A stretch of DNA of 64,000 nucleotides from Sedimentisphaerales bacterium (GTDB taxonomy: Bacteria > Planctomycetota > Phycisphaerae > Sedimentisphaerales > SM23-30): the NCBI GenBank assembly GCA_963663965.2, contig CAXXFK010000042.1, positions 182,613-246,612 of the forward strand, in the 5' to 3' direction. Below, piece by piece: positions 42,385 to 51,900 of the stretch; position 1 is the stretch's first letter, and the number at the start of each line of letters is the position of its first letter. The position numbers and the translations under genes are program-made. The notes beneath the pieces were generated by a model. It was not told where the DNA came from. It ran no database searches and worked only from the letters and a program-made list of their open reading frames with translations.

Positions 42385-43383
42385 GTGAATCATCTGGTAA
42401 ATAATAATTTGAAAGACATCCACGCCGTCATTCTGGCCGGTGGTACCGATTTTGGCCGTTGCCGCCTGACCTCCCGTCTCCCGGCAGCGTTCTGGCCGAT
42501 AATCGGTAAACCGGCGTTGATTCGCGCTATTGAGGATTTGTCGCGGCAGGGAATCACCCGCTTCACGATCTGTTATTCCGGTCAGGGCGGCAAAATTCAA
42601 GAGCTTCTGGGGCAGTGTGAAGAGGATATCTCGGTTGAAATTTTTATCGAAAACATGCCCCTGGGGACTGGGGGTTGTTTACGGGAGGTTGCCAGAAAAA
42701 ATGAAGCGCCCGCCTATTTCCTCTGTCAGGGAAATCTTTCTGCGATCATGCCGCTGGCCCCGGTTATGACTGAATTTCAGCATCATTCCGGCAGTCTTAC
42801 CGTCCTGATCAACGGGCTCGAATCACCCCATCGACCTAACCGAAAAATTGTGGCCGGTTACTTGTGCGGCCGACAGGTCATTGAACATATTACTCTGGAA
42901 GGATACTGTGATATCAAAGAGGCCTTGGTTCCCAAACTGGCCAAACTGGGGCAACCGGTTTATGCCATTCATCTTGCAGATTCTGTCGGTCCCTTTCGCG
43001 ACTGGCCCGGTTACTTAAGAACCACGCCACTGGCCATGCAACGGTTTTTTGAAAAACGTGATCTCGACATGTATGGTAGTACTCCTATATCGGATTGTGC
43101 CTGGATCAGCGCTCAAGCTAAGATAGCGCCAACTGCTCGCCTGGTAGGCCCTGTTATTGTGCTCGATGACGTTGATATCTCGGATAAAGCGATTGTGATC
43201 GGGCCCACCGTGTTGAGCAAAGGAGTACGTATTGGTTCAGGGGCATTGGTTGACAGTTCTGGCCTCTGGGAGGGCGCTCGGGTCGGCCCTGGAGCCATGA
43301 TACAGCGTTCCCTCCTAGACCGTGGCGCCAGGATTTCTGCTAAAACTGAAATCATCGATCAGTACGTCGATGGATCATTTTGA
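42385..43383 (+). CDS. NDP-sugar pyrophosphorylase-like protein (nucleotidyltransferase + left-handed beta-helix) with degenerate active-site motifs
   Basis: AVILAGG, WPIIGKP, ENMPLGTGG and C-terminal hexapeptide repeats; no GxGTRL or EKP motif. Confidence 0.8.
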   Translation: MNHLVNNNLKDIHAVILAGGTDFGRCRLTSRLPAAFWPIIGKPALIRAIEDLSRQGITRFTICYSGQGGKIQELLGQCEEDISVEIFIENMPLGTGGCLREVARKNEAPAYFLCQGNLSAIMPLAPVMTEFQHHSGSLTVLINGLESPHRPNRKIVAGYLCGRQVIEHITLEGYCDIKEALVPKLAKLGQPVYAIHLADSVGPFRDWPGYLRTTPLAMQRFFEKRDLDMYGSTPISDCAWISAQAKIAPTARLVGPVIVLDDVDISDKAIVIGPTVLSKGVRIGSGALVDSSGLWEGARVGPGAMIQRSLLDRGARISAKTEIIDQYVDGSF

Positions 43384-43439
43384 GATTCGCTATTGTGAAA
43401 TTGTGGTTAAACAAGAATAATTTATAAGGGACATAGAAG

Positions 43440-44462
43440 TTGCCTATCTGGGTATGGATATTATTTGTGTTTTTTGCTGCTTTGCCTTTTATTGTTTTAG
43501 GCGTCTGGCTGTTTATTACGCGTGATTATTCAACCAATGAACCGCTCCAGGCCGAAAGCTTAACTGTTGACGCCTTTACTAATCAGCCCGGTTTGCTTGC
43601 CATGATGGCCGCTCTGGTTGCGGTTTATCTCTGGACCTGGTGGCCCACCTTCGGCAGTCTCTGGCAGATCTGGATGCGTAGTGATGAATATTCCTGCGGT
43701 TTGCTGGTCTTTCCACTAGCCATCTATGCCGGTTTCAACCGCAAGCGTGGCTTGCGTTCCACACCGGTCCGGCCATTCCTTTGGGGATTGCTGTTTCTAG
43801 GCATCACCCATGTCTTCCGTTGTGTTTTCGGTCTCTATTATGGATTCGGCTCTATCGATCGCATGTCGATCGTTGTCGGCTTTATTTTTCTGGTCATGAC
43901 GACCGCCGGGTTGCGTTTCACCTGGAAAGTCTGGCCCTTGTTGATTTATCTCTACCTGATGCTGCCCCTGCCCAATCGCGTTCATGCCATGATCGCCGGC
44001 CCCTTACAGCATTATTCCACGATTTCCGCCGTTTTCGTGTTGGAAACACTGGGCTATGGCGCCGTGCGACAGGGCAATGTGATCCAGATCGGCGATACCA
44101 CCGTCGCGGTGGCCGAAGCCTGCAACGGCCTGCGCATGCTCACTGCCTTTTTCGTCATCAGTGGCCTGGTTGTCCTGATCGTCAACCGCCCCTGGTGGCA
44201 AAAACTGGTCATCCTGCTAACCACCATTCCCATTAGCTTTCTTTGCAACACCATTCGCCTGGCCATCACCGCCATTGCTTTTACCATGATAAACACCCAG
44301 GGCTGGGAAAAGGTCTTTCACGACTTCGGCGGCTATGCCATGATGCCTCTGGCCCTTGCCATGGTTGTTCTGGAACTCTGGTTTATGAAAAAATTGGTAG
44401 TGACTGACGAAGACAACAAACCCAGGGAACAAATCATTCATTTTAATGCGAAAAATAATTAG
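43440..44462 (+). CDS. Exosortase (EpsH/archaeosortase family transpeptidase)
   Basis: Multi-TM protein with the Cys-Arg-His triad VAEACNGLR, NTIR, FHD. Confidence 0.93.
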   Translation: MPIWVWILFVFFAALPFIVLGVWLFITRDYSTNEPLQAESLTVDAFTNQPGLLAMMAALVAVYLWTWWPTFGSLWQIWMRSDEYSCGLLVFPLAIYAGFNRKRGLRSTPVRPFLWGLLFLGITHVFRCVFGLYYGFGSIDRMSIVVGFIFLVMTTAGLRFTWKVWPLLIYLYLMLPLPNRVHAMIAGPLQHYSTISAVFVLETLGYGAVRQGNVIQIGDTTVAVAEACNGLRMLTAFFVISGLVVLIVNRPWWQKLVILLTTIPISFLCNTIRLAITAIAFTMINTQGWEKVFHDFGGYAMMPLALAMVVLELWFMKKLVVTDEDNKPREQIIHFNAKNN

Positions 44463-44572
44463 GCGCTCGGCGATAGTCTGAAGTTATCAGTAATTTTGAA
44501 AAATGCTTCTCTGACAACGATTAGCAATAACGAATGACCACGATTCTGTAATTCGAAGAAAAGAGGACTCTT

Positions 44573-46936
44573 ATGAATACTGAAATCAACCGTTACGACG
44601 ATTTCGAAATCAATTCCCATTATATGCGTAATTTCCCTCCCGAGGAAAACCAGATGAATGCATCCAACAACCTTGTCGGCGACCTGCTCCGGCGCTGGAA
44701 ATTGATCCTGCTGATATTTATTCTTATCGGTTCGGTCGGAATCCCGGCCGTTTGGCTGTTTATCCCCGACCAGTATCAGGCGATCGCGCAGGTCCAGATT
44801 AAACCGGTGATCAATAGTTTTTTGTTTAGCGATGCCGAAATGGGTGAGTCTATGCCGGCTTATGATAGCTTCCGCAACACCCACGCCGAATACATGACCT
44901 GTCCGATTGTTGTCACTGAAGTCGCCAACCTGCTTGCCAAGAGTGATTTGTCAATCTTCAGGCCTGCCCCCAAAGGACTTAAAAATCTGCTGAAAGAAAT
45001 CTGGGCCTCCAAGGACATTACTCTTTTGACAAAAAAGAATCTGGATAGAGAGGAAGTATTGAAAGCGCTGGTAAGAAACGGGAAGATCAAGGCGGTGCCT
45101 AAGCGAAACAGTGAAATGACCATGCTGGTGTTCGAACATACGGATCCGGAAGAGGCGTTAACGGTGGTTAAGGCGTTTTCTCAGGCGTATATGACTAAAA
45201 TCGTAAAGCCGATGGAGCAAAAAACTCAGCTATTAAACAATCTGCAAACCGAACAGGATAACGTGCGAAGAGATGTGTTTGATGTGGAATCGAAGATTCA
45301 AACAATTGCTTCAAAACATGGCTCGCGGGATTTGCAGAAATTACAGGAAATCACGTTAAACCGGATTTCGGACTTACAGAATCAACTGGCCAAAATGGAA
45401 TTGGAACAGCTTGATTTAAATAATATGATTAGCTCGCTTGAAAAAGAAGAAGTGTTGTCTGACAAAGAGGATATTTTTAAAATAGAACAGGAAAATCTCC
45501 AGAAATTAAAACTGTATGTCAATAGTGATCCGCGAATTCAGAGCCTGACCCAGAATATCATTCAGGCAGAAGAACGGTTGATTATCGCGCAGCAGGAACT
45601 CAGCCCTGAAAATCCAGAACTCAAGCGTATGGAAAAACTCATTGAAACCCTGAATAATAAATTGGATGAAAGAAAACGGGTTTTGGAGGATGAATATGAA
45701 GGAGTCAGTTTGGTTTTAAATAAGGAAGGTGAAACTCCGGATCAGGAAACGCTTATCAAAAATCAGAGAAAAAAAATCCTGAATGATGAATTGGTTAAAT
45801 TGAATGAAAACATTGAACTGCTCTCTGCTGAGATACAGAAACAGGAAGAAAAATATAAAAGTATCGGATTGGATCAACTGGAGATGTTAGACCTGAAAGA
45901 TAAACTGACGTTGACAAAAACAGTTTATGATAGAATTCAGAATAAAATCCAGGCGATTGACATCGAATCCGACAAGAGACCGGGACGTATTGAAACGCCT
46001 TATGAACCCTCATCGGTTGAAATGGCGAATAAAAAGATGAAACTTCTGGCCGGCGTCGTATTTGCGGCCCTCGGCGCTGGGGTGGGTTTCGCCTTCCTGT
46101 TGTCCAAATTGGATAAGAGCCTCCGTACGCCCATGGATGTCACCCGTCGCATCGGCGTCCCGGTCATCGGCACGACCATCAGTGTCGATCGTGTCGATCG
46201 CAAATTGCTGCCGGAATATCTTAATAATGATTATCAGAATATTCGAGCGAACCTCAATATCCTCAGCCAGGGCAAAAATCTCAAACGCCTGGTTGTCGCC
46301 AGCGCCGGACCGCGGGAAGGCAAGACGACACTGGCCATCAACCTGGCGGCGTCCCTCTCCCAGACGGGCCAGAAAGTCCTGCTGATCGATGGCGATTTTA
46401 GAAAACAGGGAGTGAAACATACCCTGCGTCTGCCGGTCGAACTGCGTGGTTTTTACGAGGTGGTCATGGGCGATTGTGCCATAGAAGATGCGATTTATTT
46501 TTATCCGAATGCCGGTTTCAGCGTCATGGTTGGCAGTTGCCGGATGGGTTTTGATCCGGTCGATCTGCTCTCCAGACCCCAGACCATCGAAATCCTCGAT
46601 ATCATCGCCCGCCAATACGATCATATCATTATCGATACTCCGCCGGTTCTGGTCGCTCCCGATGCCGTCCTGTGGGGTAAACTTTCCGACGCGGTGGTCC
46701 TCAGCAGTTTCGCCGGAACCACTGCCGCTCCGGCCCTCAAAGAGGTTCTGGATAAATTTGCCGCCGCCCGTGTCAAAGTGCTGGGCAATGTCCTGGGCAA
46801 TGTGGATAGCCGCTCTATATATGGCTACTATGGTTATGGTTACGGTTACGGCCCGGATGCGGCCAGGAAACGTATAAACGCCATCACCGATAGCAGTTCG
46901 CTGCTCATTCAACATGATACTGGCGAAATGTCCTGA
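44573..46936 (+). CDS. wzc: Polysaccharide co-polymerase / tyrosine autokinase
   Basis: Two TMs flanking a coiled coil, Walker A GPREGKTT, LLIDGD, IIIDTPP, C-terminal YGYYGYGYGY cluster. Confidence 0.93.
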   Translation: MNTEINRYDDFEINSHYMRNFPPEENQMNASNNLVGDLLRRWKLILLIFILIGSVGIPAVWLFIPDQYQAIAQVQIKPVINSFLFSDAEMGESMPAYDSFRNTHAEYMTCPIVVTEVANLLAKSDLSIFRPAPKGLKNLLKEIWASKDITLLTKKNLDREEVLKALVRNGKIKAVPKRNSEMTMLVFEHTDPEEALTVVKAFSQAYMTKIVKPMEQKTQLLNNLQTEQDNVRRDVFDVESKIQTIASKHGSRDLQKLQEITLNRISDLQNQLAKMELEQLDLNNMISSLEKEEVLSDKEDIFKIEQENLQKLKLYVNSDPRIQSLTQNIIQAEERLIIAQQELSPENPELKRMEKLIETLNNKLDERKRVLEDEYEGVSLVLNKEGETPDQETLIKNQRKKILNDELVKLNENIELLSAEIQKQEEKYKSIGLDQLEMLDLKDKLTLTKTVYDRIQNKIQAIDIESDKRPGRIETPYEPSSVEMANKKMKLLAGVVFAALGAGVGFAFLLSKLDKSLRTPMDVTRRIGVPVIGTTISVDRVDRKLLPEYLNNDYQNIRANLNILSQGKNLKRLVVASAGPREGKTTLAINLAASLSQTGQKVLLIDGDFRKQGVKHTLRLPVELRGFYEVVMGDCAIEDAIYFYPNAGFSVMVGSCRMGFDPVDLLSRPQTIEILDIIARQYDHIIIDTPPVLVAPDAVLWGKLSDAVVLSSFAGTTAAPALKEVLDKFAAARVKVLGNVLGNVDSRSIYGYYGYGYGYGPDAARKRINAITDSSSLLIQHDTGEMS

Positions 46937-46942
46937 TGGGAC

Positions 46943-46994
46943 TTAAGCGGCCGCAGTTAAATAAATGCTGCATTTATTTATTTACGGTCCCTAA
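46943..46994. repeat. Short palindromic element, family B, copy 2
   Basis: Perfect 11-bp IR TAAATAAATGC-T-GCATTTATTTA (46958-46980), ending in ACGGTCCCTAA. Confidence 0.6.
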
Positions 46995-47199
46995 ATGGTA
47001 ATTGTTATCTTTAATTGTCTGGTTGGCATGCAAGTAAAAGCCGGGCCAGACACTGACATCGTTACGCCTGATCTGTTTAGTCTCTTACGAGTGAAATCTT
47101 ACGCAAAATGGCAAAGATATCTCGACAGGGAGGCGGATGCCAATGTGACCCTGTTGGGCTCCGGCACTGCCGGTTTAGGATTGGATTAATTATCAGCTA

Positions 47200-48849
47200 A
47201 TGCTTGTTCTTATGTTCAATAACATCCCGGGGACTCATCCCGAGGCAGACGTTCTGAATACCATGTTTACCCAAACGGGTCCGTTTGGGCCAACACTGTT
47301 AAATCATCTGTGCTCTGTCAACGCGGCATTGTTCAATAGCAACCAGGTCAGTTTGGCCAATCCGCCTGTTGATCTGGAGGGATTTGAATGTTTCTCGGAA
47401 AATAACGGGACAATTAATATCCCTTTGCCAGACCGTCATAACGATTCCGAATCAAGTTGGTTGTTCCTCACTAACGGCAATTATCTGGCCCAGACTGATC
47501 CCATATGGCTACAGGAATTACTGGCCAGCCGGCATCATGAAGTTGTTTTCCTGACCGTCGATCCCGAACTCAGTTCGTTTCGCGAAAAAGTACGTTATAA
47601 CCAGCAGGGACAAATCATCGGTTTTCGTCGTCATTATGCCGATGTGGCCTGGCAAGACGACCTGCCGGATAACTGGCCTCATCATATCCTGGTCCGAAAA
47701 TCAGCTGTCCAGAAAATGCTTTGCCAGGGACAACTCCAGTTGAATTTGAACTTCGGTCAGTTCCTTGATCGTTGTGGCCAGATCGGTGTCAAGTTTCATT
47801 CTCTACGGATTGCGGGATTTTTGACGGACTTGAATAATTCCGGCGAATTGCGTGAGCTGACCCGGGTCGTTTTACAAAACAATCCGTTGGCCCCGATAAA
47901 ATTGAATTCCCATGAAAGCTTAAGTCAGAATGATTCCCCCTGCCTGTTTGGCCGCATCAGCCGGGGACACAATGTCCGGATTGACTCGAGTGCAATTATT
48001 ATCGGCCCCACAGTCATCGGTGATAATGTAACGATTGGCCCGGATAGTATCATCAGGAGCGCTGTCATTCCATCCGGTGCGACGGTTTCTGCCCATCAGG
48101 TGATCGATAGTTGTGTCCTGCCTGCCCCCGGGCGGTGCTCACTGGCCGGCGCGCCCCGTAATCCCACGCCCGACTGGTTGTTGCCCGGTCCGCCCCCGCG
48201 AACCCAGTGGTATAAATCATGGCCGAAATATTCTTACGTTGAGTTGTATAAGCGTTGGGCCGATATCGCGTTTTCACTGATAATCCTGACCTTGTTTCTG
48301 CCATTTTTCCCGATTGTGGTTGCCGCCATCAAAATCAATTCTCCCGGTCCGATTTTTTTTAAACATAAACGACAGGGACGCTATGGCCGAGAATTCGGCT
48401 GTATCAAGTTCCGCACGATGATGAAAGACGCCGATAAAATGCAGGATCAGCTGCGCTTGCTTAACCGTAATCAAGTCGACGGTCCGCAATTTAAAATGGA
48501 AAATGATCCTCGTGTCAGTACCGTGGGAAAATTCCTGCGGGATACTTCCATTGATGAAATTCCTCAATTCATCAATGTCCTCATGGGACAGATGAGCGTG
48601 GTAGGCCCACGTCCGTCGCCCGAACGTGAAAATACCTTTTGCGCCAGTTGGCGTGATGCCCGTCTTTCCGTTCGACCCGGTATTACCGGTCTCTGGCAGG
48701 TCTGTCGTACCCGTGAAGAAGGACGGGATTTTCAGGAATGGGTTGTCCACGATACCCGTTATGTCAGGGAAGTTAACTGGAAACTCGATATCTGGATCTG
48801 CTGGAAAACCGTCATTTATATTATCAAAAGTATTCTTGATAAATTCTGA
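47200..48849 (+). CDS. Priming sugar (phosphoglycosyl) transferase fused to an N-terminal degenerate nucleotidyltransferase/beta-helix region
   Basis: C-terminal KRWADI, KFRTM, DPRVS, IDEIPQFINVLMGQMSVVGPRP, RPGITGLWQV; hexapeptide repeats upstream. Confidence 0.92.
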   Translation: MLVLMFNNIPGTHPEADVLNTMFTQTGPFGPTLLNHLCSVNAALFNSNQVSLANPPVDLEGFECFSENNGTINIPLPDRHNDSESSWLFLTNGNYLAQTDPIWLQELLASRHHEVVFLTVDPELSSFREKVRYNQQGQIIGFRRHYADVAWQDDLPDNWPHHILVRKSAVQKMLCQGQLQLNLNFGQFLDRCGQIGVKFHSLRIAGFLTDLNNSGELRELTRVVLQNNPLAPIKLNSHESLSQNDSPCLFGRISRGHNVRIDSSAIIIGPTVIGDNVTIGPDSIIRSAVIPSGATVSAHQVIDSCVLPAPGRCSLAGAPRNPTPDWLLPGPPPRTQWYKSWPKYSYVELYKRWADIAFSLIILTLFLPFFPIVVAAIKINSPGPIFFKHKRQGRYGREFGCIKFRTMMKDADKMQDQLRLLNRNQVDGPQFKMENDPRVSTVGKFLRDTSIDEIPQFINVLMGQMSVVGPRPSPERENTFCASWRDARLSVRPGITGLWQVCRTREEGRDFQEWVVHDTRYVREVNWKLDIWICWKTVIYIIKSILDKF

Positions 48850-48974
48850 TCCCATGATAAGATCATCTGATAATGGTGGATATAGTCTGCCTAAAGCGGA
48901 ATGTTCATTTTTTTGTTGTCCGAATCAATCATCTGGATATGCCAATCCGACTGAACCTGAAAGGGTAAAATCCA

Positions 48975-51900
48975 ATGTCAAAAGGACGTATCAATTGGCC
49001 CGTTATTATTGTAGCCATTCTGGCGATTGCCGTTGTCGCCGGATCCGCCATAGGTCTGCGCGCCTGGAACCGGTCTAATCGTATGATCCAGGGAAAAACC
49101 CAGGGGCTTAAAGCCTGGGATGAACAGCGCTGGAACGATGCGGCTTCCTTTCTCGGAAGATATCTGGAGGTCAAACAGGGGCTGGATGTTGATGACCCCG
49201 AATACCCGGTCTATCAGGATATCCTCTATAAATATGCCCAGGCTCAACTCAAGATCAGACCCCGCAGTCGGGGGAATTTAACCCAGGCGGTGAACGCCTT
49301 CAACATCCTCCTGCGGGCTGACTGGAACAAATTAAATGATGAAGGCAAGGTGAACTACCTGACTTCGGCGAATTCTCTGGCTGAAATTTATATTCGTCAG
49401 CAGCCCGGTGAGGCTGTTTCTGTTTGTGAACGGGTTATCAAGGCGGTCGAAGACACTGATTTCGAAAAACTGTCAATAGACCGGAAGGATAAGGATATTT
49501 TCTGGGAACTGCACCAAAAACACCTCATAGCTCTGACGCTCCAGCGAAAGTACCCGCAAGCGGGCGAAGAAGCTCTGGCGATCCTGGCAAAGAAACCTGA
49601 TCTGATTATTGCCTATGAAATCATGGCTCAGGTGGTGGATAAAGAACCTGAAAAATTTGAGGGTTCCAGTATTGACTGGCTCAACAAAGCCGTCCAGAAC
49701 AATCCGGAGCTATCCCAGGCCTGGCTTGTCCGGGCTGCTTATTACAATAATCTGGCCGGGAAAAATCGGCGCAATCAGGAATTGGTTGCAAAATATATCG
49801 GCCAGGCCCTCTCAGATACCCTGAAAGCGGTTGCCTTGCAGCCCGGCGAAATAAATCTGAAAATTCAGGCCGCGTTGCTTTTAAATCAACTGGATAAACC
49901 TGATGATCCTCAGCGGTCTGGATTAAGGCAGCAGGCTCAGGGTATTTTAAACGAGGTTCAGCAGGAGGATCCTCTATCTCTGGCCCTTTGGAATGCCCGC
50001 CTGGTCATGGCGAGTACTGGAGGGAGTGATCAGCAGGTTGCCGAAGTGGTTGACCAGGCGCTGGCGACCCTGACCTGGCAGAAGTGGGATCTCTATCCTC
50101 AAGCGATCGAAATATATATTCAGGCGGATGAATTGGATAAGGCGGATTCCCTGATCAAAGAAATACGTGATTCTAAGATGATGGAATCCGATGTTGCGTT
50201 CTGGCAGGGATGGGTTGCCATGCGGCGCAACGAAGTTCAAACCGCCCGGGAATCCTTCGAAAGGGCTTATGGTTTGGGTCAGAAAGATATCCGTATCCGC
50301 CTGTTTATGGCCCAACTTTACGCTCAGATTGGCGATCTGCTCACCGCAGAGTATCACCTCCGGGCATTGGTTGCCGAAAATACTAAAAGCGCCGCATTAC
50401 GCTTGGCATTAGCCCGGTTGCTCATGCAGCGTGGCAATTATCTCGATGCCGAAGTTCATGCCCAGGAAGCGGCCCGACTCGATCCCGCCAATGGCGAAGC
50501 CGCGGTTCTGGTTATACAGGCCCGCTTGCGAAATATCGAAAGTCAGAATCGGGATCCCGATCCGGTTTCCTGGCGGAATCTTAAAGCAAGTGTCCAGAAT
50601 ATGGCTCAGGGTGTTCCGGAGTCGACCAGTATCAAACTGCTTCAATTTAGAGTGGCCTTGCAGGAAAAACAATACGATCAGGCTCGCCAGATCCTTCAGC
50701 AGGCAGCCCTGGCAGCCCAGGCAGCTCAGTCCGAGTCGGACAGCCTGGCGGTTAAGATTGCCGAAGTCGAACTGATGATCGAACAGCATCAGGATGAGCA
50801 GGCGATCGCCAGACTGAATGAATTTATCTCGGAATACCCGGATAACACCAGCTTGGTTACGGTGCTGGTGCAATCCTATCTGAAAAACAAACGCTACGCC
50901 GAATGTGAATTGGTTCTGCGGGAAGCCTTGACTCGATTTGAAAAACCCATACAGAAACGCGAACTGGCGCTTCAGCTTGCCGATATTTATGATCTTTCGG
51001 AACAAAATGATAAGGCCCGTGAATTGCTTCAGACCATGGATACCCAGCTTAAAGAGGATATCCCCCTCAAACGCCGGCGTCTTAATTACCTGGATCTGGA
51101 TATCGCTCAGATTATAGAACGGCGAAATGGTATCCTGAGCAACGATAAAAAAGCCCGCACTCCCGAGCTTGATGACCAGGAACAGCAGTTGCGTCAGCAG
51201 GCCCAGGTCATTATCGACCAGATCAAGGCCATTGAAGGCGAAACTTCAGGTTGGCAATGGCGACTGGAACAGGCCCGGCTCTGGATGTTGGGTGATACTT
51301 TTGCCGCCAAACAGTTTGATATTGACAATCTGCTTAATGAAAATGTCAAAAACAATAATTCCGATCAGGATAGCCGGTTGCTGCTGGCCAAAAGCGCCGA
51401 ACGGGCCGGTAAACTCCGTCTGGCCCTGTCTCTCTATCAGGAAGCCTATAGCCGTGCTCCCGGCAGTATTCCGCTTCAGATCGAAATGGCGCGAATGAAT
51501 CTGGCTGTTGGCGATCAAGGCGCGGCTGAAGAATTTATCGACATGCTTAAGAAACGGGACCAGAGTGCCGCGGAAGGTCTCGGTCTGTCTGATGAACAAC
51601 GCGCCATTGTCATGCGGCTGGAAATGTTTTTGCTGAGCCAGAAAGGCGATCTGGATGCGGTCGAAAATATTCTTACCCAGTTTATTAAGGAGAATCCCGG
51701 CGAAATCTCCAATCGTCTGACCATGATCAATTTGAAAATCCGTAATGGTGAGTATGATCAGGCCGAAACGATGCTCCAGGCAATCCGTCAGGAGAATCCT
51801 GATTCCTATGAAGCCGCCGTTATGGAGATCCAACTGGCCAATGTCCGGGGGCAGCAGCAACAGGGTGACGCCGAACGAAAACAGGCGCGGCAGCAAGTAC

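Noticed and set aside
46818..46850. TATGGC/TACGGT-type short tandem repeat
   Set aside because: Encodes the normal Wzc C-terminal tyrosine cluster.
46010..46915. 301-aa minus-strand ORF
   Set aside because: Antisense to the Wzc kinase domain; no independent signal.
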